A stretch of 64,000 bases of DNA from an uncultured Holophagales bacterium (GTDB lineage: Bacteria > Acidobacteriota > Thermoanaerobaculia > Multivoradales > UBA5704), in the NCBI GenBank assembly GCA_963842525.1, contig CAWJGT010000023.1, positions 363,594 through 427,593 of the forward strand, given 5' to 3'. Each line of letters starts with the position of its first letter. Within the stretch, counting starts at the first letter, position 1. A model generated the notes under the pieces. It saw only the letters and a list, made by a program, of their open reading frames with translations. It did not search any database and had not been told where the DNA came from. Position numbers and translations under genes: made by a program. Shown here piece after piece: positions 31,630 through 40,382 of this stretch.

Positions 31630-32343
31630 TTGGAGAGCTTGTATCGTCTTGGCGGAGCTTACGGCGTCTCCGGGCAAGCTTGCGTTGTCTGGGCGGAGCC
31701 TGCGTTGCTTCAGCGAAGCTTGCGCCGGCTCGTCGCGAGCTTCTGGCGCCTTGGCGGAGCTTGTGTCGTCTCGGCGGAGCCTGCGGCGTCTCAGTGCAAG
31801 CTTAGGTTGTCTTGGCGGAGCTTGCGTTGTTTCAGCGGAGCTTGCGCCGGCTCGTCGCAAGCTTGTTTCGTCTTGGCGGAGCTTGTGTCGGCTTGGCGGA
31901 GCTTGCGGCGTCTCAGTGCAAGCTTACGTTGTCTTGGCGGAGCTTGCGTTACCTCAGCGGAGCTTACGCCGGCTCAGCGTAAGCCCCGCTGGCCCGATGT
32001 AAGCTCCGCTACGCCAGTGTAAGCTTACATCGGCTCAACGTAAGCTCCGTCAGGCCGTTGTAAGCTCCGCTGGCTCAATGCAAGCTTACGCTGGCTCAGC
32101 GTAAGCTCCGCTGGCCCGATGTAAGCTCCGCTACGCCAGTGTAAGCTTACATCGGCTCAACGTAAGCTCCGCCAGGCCGTTGTAAGCTCCGCTGGCTCGA
32201 TGCAAGCTTACGCTGGCTCAGCGTAAGCTCCGCTGGCCCGATGTAAGCTCCGCTACGCCGGTGTAAGCTTACATCGGCTCAACGTAAGCTCCGCCAGGCC
32301 GTTGCAAGCTCCGCTGGCTCGATGCAAGCTTACGGCGGCTCAG
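31630..32343. repeat. Phased AGCT-core tandem array (35 units, 20/20/21-bp period) with central inversion
   Basis: AGC(T) cores at 31636, 31656, 31677 ... 32307, 32327; left units GCGGAGCTTRC, right units GTAAGCTCCGC (reverse complement); 61- and 122-bp higher-order repeats. Confidence 0.95.
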
Positions 32344-32356
32344 TCTGGGACCTCGG

Positions 32357-32382
32357 ACGGGGCGGGGGAAAAACCCCGCCCC
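32357..32382. terminator. GC-rich stem-loop between the unknown gene and the array
   Basis: CGGGGCGGGG-GAAAAA-CCCCGCCCCG; no U-tract on either strand, so terminator function is uncertain. Confidence 0.45.
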
Positions 32383-32411
32383 GCCGCAGGGACTTGCAGG
32401 AATCCGGGGCC

Positions 32412-32927
32412 TCAGCCCAACGGTGCGAGCGCTCGGGCCAGCGCGATCCTGCCGCTGTGCTCCAGGGCGATCCCGCCAGCCGCGTCGTACAGCCAGGAAA
32501 GATCCCGGGGCGCCGAGAGCAGCGCGTCCACGACGTTCAAGGCTGCGGCCACCTCCTCGTCGAAGAGCCGGAGGTGACCGACCCGCTCGCCGGAGCGGAA
32601 GAGCGGAAAGCCGTGCTCGTCCGGGTCCGGGCCAAGCCGGTACCGGCGCTCCCGGCCCGTGCCGGGAAGGATCGCCGCGGCGAGCTGCGCGACGTCGAGA
32701 CGGTTGAGGATGGCGAAAGGTGCGTCGCGGTCGAGGCTCTCGCCCTCGCGCAGCAGGGCGAGCCAGCCGGACCTGGTGGCTTCGAGACGCCACGGCCCGG
32801 CCGTGTCGGCCTCGCCCGCGGTCAGGGGCTCGTCGCGCTCGGCGAGGAGCGCGAGGTACTCGGAAGTGAAAACCTGGGTGGGAACAGCAGCGGACGGACG
32901 GGTGCTACCATCAACAGAGTTGCGCAT
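32412..32927 (-). CDS. Hypothetical protein (171 aa)
   Basis: ATG 32927 after SD AAAGGAG; MRNSVDGSTRPS...DEPLTAGEADTAGPWRLE...GHLRLFDEE...; GC3-biased codons; no family recognised. Confidence 0.75.
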   Translation of the reverse strand: MRNSVDGSTRPSAAVPTQVFTSEYLALLAERDEPLTAGEADTAGPWRLEATRSGWLALLREGESLDRDAPFAILNRLDVAQLAAAILPGTGRERRYRLGPDPDEHGFPLFRSGERVGHLRLFDEEVAAALNVVDALLSAPRDLSWLYDAAGGIALEHSGRIALARALAPLG

Positions 32928-33000
32928 GGGACGTTGACTCCTTTGCGTGACAGGGCTCGGGTGAGCTTCCGACTCACTCGGGCCCGCCTTCCTGGTTTTC
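32918..33000 (+). ncRNA. Putative cis-antisense sRNA (SymR-like architecture)
   Basis: Extended -10 TGCTACCAT (32903-32911) on + inside the first codons of the minus-strand gene; the transcript would span its ATG and SD and end in a 13-bp hairpin (32953-32985) that is fully paired (2 G-U) only on the + strand. Confidence 0.5.
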
Positions 33001-33124
33001 AGCTCTGGCCGGAACCGCTCCGGCCGCATCAGCCAAAGACACTGCGGGTCCTTTTCAGATCCGTCTCGGGATTCCTGTCGCCTCACCTCCTCTCGCGGGT
33101 TGTTGCGCTGTACTACTGCCCCCG

Positions 33125-33153
33125 AGAGTAGGAGAAAAAATAGCGGGAGTCAA
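33125..33153 (-). promoter_or_regulatory. Sigma70-type promoter TTGACT-N17-TACTCT
   Basis: + strand reads AGAGTA (33125-30), 17 nt, AGTCAA (33148-53); the -35 lies inside the imperfect palindrome GCGGGAGTCAATACTTCCCGC. Confidence 0.6.
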
Positions 33154-33185
33154 TACTTCCCGCGCACTTCTCAAGACTCAGAGAT

Positions 33186-36141
33186 TCAGAGGTCAGAGCG
33201 AAATGGGGACAGCACAACCCGAAATCCGATGAAGTCGACCCAGGCGTCCAGGTCGAACCTGATGCGGGCGGCACAACGGACATCCTCGGAGCTGAAGTAG
33301 AACGCGCCGCCACGCAACACGCGGAGGCCGTCTACCGAGAGAGCCTCGCGCCGGGCCCGCTCCTTCGACCGAGCCGGGTAGGGATATGGCCTATACAGGC
33401 TTCGAGTCCATTCCCAGACGTTCCCGCTCATCTCCTCGCAACCGTACGGGCTCGCTCCTCCCGGAAAGCAACCCACAGAACTCGGGGTTCCGATCCCGCT
33501 CTCGTCGAAATTCGCCTGCTCCGGGTCGGGCTCCTTCCCCCACGGGTAGATCCGACTCTCGGCACCGCGAGCCGCCTTCTCCCACTCCGCCTCCGAAGGC
33601 AACGTCACCCCCAACCGCCCCGTGGCCAACCCCTCCCAGAAGTCGTTATCCTCCGCCAGACTCTGCACCCGGACCGCCGCGGTCTCCCGCAGGCGCTCGT
33701 CCAGCCAGCCGCAATACGCCAGGGCGTCGTGCCAACTTACTCCAGTGACCGGGTTGGTCGAGGGACCCGCCAAGCTCCAAGGATCGGCTGTATACGAGGT
33801 CTGCTCGATGAAGCTCCGGAACTGCTGCACCGTCACAGGAAACCGCGCCAAGTAGTACGCCAGTAGCTCGACTTCATACGCCTCATTCCCCATCAGAAAC
33901 GATCCGGCCGGGACGTGGACGAAGCCCAGGAGCGGCTCCTGCGGCAGGAACCACGCCTCCGCGTTGAACCGCGGGTCCCCGAGACGGCTCAGGACTTCAC
34001 CGGCCTGCGCCCGCTGGACCGGCGCTGCATTTTCACCACGCATCGTCCGCAGCAGCGCTTTGACTACCATCTGTCGGCAGGCCGGCGTCACACCGCCAGA
34101 TCCGGCGTCCACGACCGCACGGCCCGCCAAAATGACCGCCTGCCCCGGTGTGCCGGGCGCCTGGTCCAGAAGCGACTGCACCACTGCGCTCGCCGCTTCG
34201 TCCCGCCGCTGGCCGATCCCCAGGTACCCGATGGTCAGGAGGATCACCTCGTGCCAGGGCGCCTCGTCCACATGCCCGGCCAGCGCCTCCACCACCGGCC
34301 CGATCTCCTGCTGCCCGAGCTGCGCCAGGGCGACCGCCGCCAAGTACTCCTGGAAGGTCAGGTGAATGAAACCGTACTGGCGGCCGCCCCGGTCGAGGAG
34401 CAGGGCGGCGTGGCCCCGCACGTCCTCCAGGAACTGCCGGGTCGCCCGCTCCGGGTCCTGCTCGCCCCGCTCCCGGTAGATCCGTTCCAGCTCCTGATGC
34501 AGGTCCCACTCCTTGACCAGGCCCACGCCCGGCGACGTCCGGTGCATCCAGAGCGCCAGCGGGGCCAGGATCTTCAGGGTCTCCACCAGATCCAGGTCGC
34601 GGGCGGCCCGGCCCTCCAGGCTCCGCACCAGGTTCCAGCTCCGCAGCAGCGTTTCCACGTAGGTCTGGTACAGCTCGACACGCCGCTCAGGAAGGGTCAC
34701 CCCTTGCCGTTTCATCAGGGCCAGGATGGTCAGCAGCAACGGGTTCGCGGCGAGCGACCGCACCCCAGGGTTGCGCACGGCGGCGAGCAGCTCTTCCTGC
34801 TCGCGCTGCGCGTCGAGGGCGGCCTTCTTCGTGTCCCCCGCCGCCGCGCGCTCCAACGCGGAGGTCCACTTCGCCACGAAGGCCTGAATCTCCCTGTCGT
34901 CGAAGTCCACCAGCGTGCCTTCGACCAGCCCTTCGGCGGCAGGCCGGACCTCCCGGTAGCCCACGATACGGCTCGTAAGGACAAACTTGTTGCCCTGCTT
35001 GCGGTAGAGCTCGTAGAAGTCCCGGACCCGCTCCACCACGGTATTGCGCAGGCCCAGGTCCCGGACCTCGTCCAGACCGTCCAGGAGAAACAGGACGCCG
35101 CCCCGAGGGGAGCTCGCGCTCGAGGAGGGCGTCGAGGGGCAGGTCGAGGCCCCGATGCTCCTGGTGGTAATGGGGAAGGAAGCGGCCGAGAGGGATGTCC
35201 TTTTCGGCAAGGGCATTGGCATAGGCGGAAAGCGGGAGGAGCACCGGCAGGCGGTCTGCCAGGCCCAGAGCCTCGCCCTGGGCGAGAGTGAGGGCCAGGT
35301 ATTTGAGAAAGGTGGTCTTTCCCGATCCCGGATCTCCCAGGAGGACGAGGCCGTCGTGGCTCTGCAGGAGATCCAGGACCGGCTGCGGCTCGCTGAGCTT
35401 CCGGCCGATGGCGTCCGCTTCGTCCTCAGTGGGCTTCCTGCCGGCCAGGCGGAGACGCTCCCAGGTCTCACCCTCGGGCGTCTCCAGGCGGGCCTTCAAG
35501 GGAACGTACATCTCCAGCAGGGGGAGCCGGATCGGTACGCGGTCCGAGACGCCGAAGCCCTTGAAGTCCAGATAGCGGTAGCGCTCGACGAGGTGGGCGA
35601 GGTACCGCTCCCGAACCTGGACGAGGTCGGCGGCCGGGGCTCGGCGGGAGCCCTTCGGCTTGCGGTTTCTCCTCTTCTCGAGATTCCGCAGAGCCGCCAC
35701 CACCTTGGTCGCCAGAGCGTCGGGATTGGCGTCGAAAAAATCGACAGTCGCTTCCTCCCGGACCCGCTGGCGGAAACGCTCCAATCGCTCGTAGAGCTCG
35801 TCCGGCTCGCGCAGGCTCCGCGGCAGCGGGAAGTCCTCCGCGGACAGGAAGATGAGCCGGGGGATTCCCGCGGCACCGGCGGCCTCGTATTCGCGCTCCG
35901 TGAAGGAGGTCTGTGAGCCCGGAGGTGAGCTGCCGTAAAGGCCTCCAACGAGCCCCACGAGCACGTCACACTCGGCGACCTTTTCGCGGCAAAGAGCGTC
36001 CGGCACCTGGTCGCGTGCCCCGAAGTCCTCCATCCGGACGCACGTGCAGTCATCGCAACGCTGGATCGCGCGGTACACCGCATCGCGGTAGGGACCGAGA
36101 TCGCGGGCCGTGGAGCTGAGGAAGACCTTGATGGTAGACAT
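33186..36141 (-). CDS. DUF4062-NACHT-FGE-sulfatase (SUMF1/CLec) domain protein (frameshift near 35105)
   Basis: N-terminal KVFLSST..DL...MEDFGA...SFTEREY; Walker [10 protein letters not shown]; Walker B LLDGLDEV; NPLLLT; [12 protein letters not shown]; [26 protein letters not shown] and GFRV. Confidence 0.88.
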
Positions 36142-36262
36142 GGGGCTGCCGGTGATTTTAGCAGCGGCCTTGAACGCGTAGACGCTGGAGGCGTTCGCGT
36201 GCCGCGCCGGTCAGGCGCGGGCAGGGTGTCCTGGCCAGCCTCCTTTCGGGATCATCGAACAG

Positions 36263-37000
36263 TCATCGCGCGGCGAGCCGGCGCGTCACCACAGGCCTCG
36301 TGAGGTCCTTGAGCGCGTCCTTCCCCACCCAGCGCGCCGCGGCCTCCGGGGAAGCCGACAGACGTCGGGCCAGCGCCACCGCGGCGGCGTTGAGCGCGGG
36401 GTTGCGCCTGCCGATCCGGCGCAGGGCCCAGCTCACGCCCTTCTTGACGAAGTTCCGTTCGTCGGTGGCGGCGCGCTCGATGAGGGGCAGGCTCTCGAGG
36501 AACGGCTCGTCGGCGGCTTTCTTGTCGTGCCCGGCGAGGCTGGCGAGGAGCGCAAAGGCCGCGCGCTTGACGAACTCGTCGCGCTGATCGCTCCACTCTG
36601 CGACCTTGGCCCAGGCGTGCGGCGTGCGGTCGAAGAGATGAAAGCACACGGTGTCGCAGATGCCCCAGTTGTCGAAGTCGCGGCACCAGCGGTCCATCTG
36701 CGCGGGCGTGACGCGCGCCGGCTCGTCGACAAACGAGGTCAGCATGCGGGCCTCGTACCAGCCGGTATCCCAGAGGGCAGCGGCAAGCTCGTGGTTGCGC
36801 CCGAGGCGCTTCGCCAGAACCTGGATGTTGGCCATCGACACGCCGAAAGCCTTGCTCGCGGTAATGCCGAACCGCGCCAGGTTTTCGCGGTCGCGTTGGG
36901 TGCTCGCCTGCTCGAGCCACGACAGCGCCTCCTGCACCTGCTCCTCGAGTGGCTGCTGTGCGCCGGGCGCCTTGACGGGCGTGCTCTTTTTCGTACTCAC
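36263..37000 (-). CDS. DNA alkylation repair (AlkD-like HEAT) protein
   Basis: ARFGI...FGVSM...HELAAALWDTGWYEAR...FDNWGICDTVC...DERNFVKKGVSWALRRIG; GTGA overlap with the upstream gene. Confidence 0.88.
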   Translation of the reverse strand: MSTKKSTPVKAPGAQQPLEEQVQEALSWLEQASTQRDRENLARFGITASKAFGVSMANIQVLAKRLGRNHELAAALWDTGWYEARMLTSFVDEPARVTPAQMDRWCRDFDNWGICDTVCFHLFDRTPHAWAKVAEWSDQRDEFVKRAAFALLASLAGHDKKAADEPFLESLPLIERAATDERNFVKKGVSWALRRIGRRNPALNAAAVALARRLSASPEAAARWVGKDALKDLTRPVVTRRLAAR

Positions 37001-37965
37001 AACTCGAGCTCCTCCCCATCCTCCAAAACCCTGAACCCCCGTGCCTCGATCGCCTTGCGGGCCGGCCCGTCCTTGTCCAGGGCCGGATTCGAATGGTTCA
37101 GGTGGGTGAAGTAGACCCGCAGCTTGCCGGCCTTCACGAGCGGCTCCAGGAGGTCCATCGAGTCTGTGATGAGCGGGTGCTTGATCTTGGTGACGTCCCG
37201 GTCCGGCAGCTCGTCGGGAGAGTAGAAGGTGGCGTCGAGGAGGGCGTAGTCGACTTTCTCCTCTTCGAGGAGCCGGGGCAGCGGGCGGGGCCAGGTGCGC
37301 CAGGTGTCGGTGTCCGGGACGTAGAGAAGGGCCTTCTTCGGGCCGCGGATCAGGAAGGCCATGGTGTCGCTGTACTCGTCCCGGTGCGGCACAGGGAATG
37401 CGGTGACGGTCACCCCTTCTCCCAGGGAGAAGGGCTCGCCGGGCTTGATCTCGCGCAAGGCGACGTTGTTGAGCCGGACGAGCTGGCTCCACGGGCCGTT
37501 GGTGCGCAGGTACTCGGCCATGCGCGGCGAGCAGTAGACGGGGAGGTCCTTGGTGTTGAGGCTCTCGAAGCCGAAGTGGGCCAACCCCAGGTAGTGGCCG
37601 ATGTGGGCGTGGGTCAGCAGCACGCCGTCGAACGGTGCCCGGTCCACCTTTCCCTCCGGGTGCTTGCGAAAGGTGTGGACCTTTTCGATCTGGGCCGGCA
37701 GGTCCGGCGTGGCATCCACCAGGAAGGTGCGGTCGCTCGCCGGGAAGTCGATCGCCAGGCTGGACACCCGCCGGACGAGCTTCAGATCCTTCCGCGCCGC
37801 CACACACAGGGCGTGCTCGCAGCCCGTCTGCGGAAACCCGCCGTCCTGGGCGGTGCCGAGGACGACGATGCGGGGTGATTGCTGTTGCGGAGAAAATACC
37901 GATGCCGAGCCCTCCAGGAGCAGAGAGGCCAGCAGGAAGGAAAACAGCGTGGTCGGGAACGACAA
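36997..37965 (-). CDS. PqqB-like metallo-beta-lactamase-fold hydrolase
   Basis: LGTAQDGGFPQ..C...C, VDATPD, THAHIGHYLGL, VPHRDEYSDT and THLNHSN. Confidence 0.85.
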   Translation of the reverse strand: MSFPTTLFSFLLASLLLEGSASVFSPQQQSPRIVVLGTAQDGGFPQTGCEHALCVAARKDLKLVRRVSSLAIDFPASDRTFLVDATPDLPAQIEKVHTFRKHPEGKVDRAPFDGVLLTHAHIGHYLGLAHFGFESLNTKDLPVYCSPRMAEYLRTNGPWSQLVRLNNVALREIKPGEPFSLGEGVTVTAFPVPHRDEYSDTMAFLIRGPKKALLYVPDTDTWRTWPRPLPRLLEEEKVDYALLDATFYSPDELPDRDVTKIKHPLITDSMDLLEPLVKAGKLRVYFTHLNHSNPALDKDGPARKAIEARGFRVLEDGEELEL

Positions 37966-37974
37966 GGGCGGATG

Positions 37975-38250
37975 CTACTTGAAGCTGGTGGCGACCTTTT
38001 TCGAGCCGCGGGTGCCGGATCTCCTTCCGGAGTCTCCGGCGGCCCACTCCTTGATCTCCGCCGCCGTCTCCTGGGCGGGCCGGGAGAAGGAGCGGGTCGT
38101 CTTCTTGTCCGCCAATACGGCCTCGCCAATCTCCCTGGATTCCTCGTTGCTGAGCCGATCGAGCAGGCGCGCTCGCGCATCTTGCATCTGTGCCGGGACC
38201 TGCGCAAGGAGAGCGAGGATGGACGCATCGCTGGGAGAGAGGCTCCTCAT
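37975..38250 (-). CDS. Small hypothetical protein
   Basis: 91-aa ORF filling the gap, co-directional with its neighbours. Confidence 0.4.
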   Translation of the reverse strand: MRSLSPSDASILALLAQVPAQMQDARARLLDRLSNEESREIGEAVLADKKTTRSFSRPAQETAAEIKEWAAGDSGRRSGTRGSKKVATSFK

Positions 38251-38262
38251 AGCATCTAGGTA

Positions 38263-40027
38263 TTACAGAAGACGGATTTTGTCAAGCTTTTTTAGCGGCT
38301 GCGGGGGCGGCGCGCCTTCCGGGAGCTTCCCTTTCTTCGGCTCGGAGCTCTCCTTCCTCGACTCCTCCTCCAGGAAGACTGGATGGATGCCCCCGAGGAT
38401 GGGATAGCCTGCCGCGCCCCCATCGGACCGCCCGTCCGCGCTCCACTCCTCGTCGAGCTGCCGGGCGAGGTTGAGGACGATTCCCTCCGCTCCCGAAGGC
38501 AGATCGATCTGCCGCGCCGCTCCCGATTTGGCATCCTTCCAGAGCCCGATGGTGCGGGCGGGCGCAACTCCTGGAGGCCGGCTGAGCTCGGCCATGCCCA
38601 CGCTGGTAAGCGTCAGGACCGACGAGCCCGGATCGTCCGCCAGCACCGTGGCATAGCGGGAGGACCAGCGCGAAGAGAGCTGGGGACCGTCCATCAACAG
38701 GGCGATCACAAGGTTGGGGCCGACCGTGCGCACGAGCCGGGCCACGGGCTCCTGGCGGGCGAGGTCTTCGCAGACCAGGGCGCAGACAGAGAGCCAGGGG
38801 AGCAGAGAGACGAATGCGACGTTGCGCGCTTCGGTCATGGTGTGCTCCCACCAGAACCGTCCCGGATCGAGCTGCCCTCCGAGACCGTACTGGACGATCT
38901 GGGATCGGTCCAGACGCCAGCGGTGATGCTTGTTCTGCTGGATTGGGATCGAGTCCCAGGAGCTGATCGGCACCTCCAGCCCCAGATAGTTCCGCCCCGG
39001 CGTTCCGCGCCGGGATGGTTTGCCGATGCCGCAGAGCAGGGAGACCCGTCTCTCGAAAAGCCACGCCCTCACGGCGTTCGAACTCAGATTCGTCAAGGGC
39101 GAGCTCCGGCAGGACGATCATGTCGATCCGGCCAACGAGCTCGACTCCCCTTTCGTAGGCATTGGCGACCCGCTGGACCATCTCCCGCGCCCTCGACTCC
39201 TTGGTGAAGGTGAAGAAGCCGAAGGATTCCGCCATGTTGGTGAGGGTCCCCCAAGTCGGCCGCGCCGGACGGAACTGATTCGGCCGAACCGTCTTCGGCC
39301 AAGGCAGGAGCAGCAGGTTCAGGTTGTGCCTCTTCACCTCCCGCGGGCGGTTGACCGGCAGGGTATACCAATGGGGCCGCACATCGCCTCCGGGCACGAG
39401 GGCGAGGTGGTGCGAGAGCGAGCTCAAGGTGATCCCGTTCTGGGGGGTGTGGGACTTGGGGAGAACCCGGGACTTCGAGAAGTGGATGTCGTAGCAAAGC
39501 GTCGAGCCGCTCGCGGAGTCCGGAATCAACTGGCTCTCCGCCTCGATATTGAACCGGTCGCGGCGACCTGCCAAAGAGAAACCCACTCCCCAGCAGGCCT
39601 CATCGGCGGCCGCGCAGATCTGGAGCAGGCTGTTGCAGACCCGGTTCTTTCCGCCGACCTCCTCGAGGGGGTCGTTCATGTGCTCCCGGAGGATCGTCCA
39701 CCAATGGACAACCTCGGCAGGAGGTGCGGCTCGCCGCGACCAGCGCCGCCGCTACCTCTCTCCAATCTCCCGGATCTTGCCGCTCCATTGCTCCGACGTC
39801 ACCTGGAGACATCCATCTTCTGCAGTCCCCGTCGGCGGCCACTTCGCCACCGCCGAGAGATAGGCTCCGGACTGCAGCAGCGCCGACGCGGCCAGCGCAA
39901 AGGCATCCGGCGGCCACTCGGGAGGCCCCTCCTTCTCCGCCAACTTGGGAGAGAGATAGTGGAAGAGCTCCCAAAGGGTCGCTCCTTGAGAAGCTCCTAC
40001 GACGAGGGATCCGAAGCCTTCAGCCAT
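38263..40027 (-). CDS. Hypothetical protein with a C-terminal nitrilase-like domain (frameshifts near 39750 and 39070)
   Basis: Joins ORFs 39752-40027, 38282-39679 and 38263-39096; motifs WPPDAFA, VLPKSHTPQ.G...SLSHHL, IVLPELAL, QNKHHRW and VCEDLAR. Confidence 0.6.
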
Positions 40028-40112
40028 TGCTCTCCGTACTATAGAGCAAGCCGGCCGTCCACGAGCTGTTCCGAGGGCCGACTCGCGCCGGCCCTCACAT
40101 GGCAGATTCCGA

Positions 40113-40382
40113 TCAAACGGCCGCGATCTTGGGCAGCACGAGATCCCGCATCGCCAGGTTGTTTCTCGGTCCGAGGACGTAGAAGAGGTCCGTCTTGTCC
40201 TGCTCGGTCAGCCTGTAGCCGGCTGGAAGGCCGAACACGTCCGGTTTCTTGGCGAGAAACGCCTCCAGTGTATTAAAGGCCTCCACGAGGGTTTCCACCT
40301 CGATGGGGCTCCGGCGTTCCTGGAAATCGACGCCGATCCGGGCTTTGAACGTCGGGAAGAATTGAGCCCCGCCTCCAAGAGG
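40113..40382 (-). CDS. Exon 2 of the intron-interrupted two-domain PT-linker protein
   Basis: [37 protein letters not shown]...LPKIAAV*; paralogous to domain 1 in 42670-42935 and in frame with exon 1. Confidence 0.9.
   Translation of the reverse strand, partial: PLGGGAQFFPTFKARIGVDFQERRSPIEVETLVEAFNTLEAFLAKKPDVFGLPAGYRLTEQDKTDLFYVLGPRNNLAMRDLVLPKIAAV

Noticed and set aside
31630-32343. CRISPR array or coiled-coil coding repeat
   Set aside because: Units are ~20 bp with recurring linkers (no unique spacers), no cas genes are present, and the 61-bp period is not a codon multiple; the ORFs over it are incidental.
36997-37965. PQQ biosynthesis cluster
   Set aside because: Only a PqqB-like hydrolase is present; no pqqA/C/D/E nearby, and the PQQ-like propeller at 23892 is a generic BamB-type fold.
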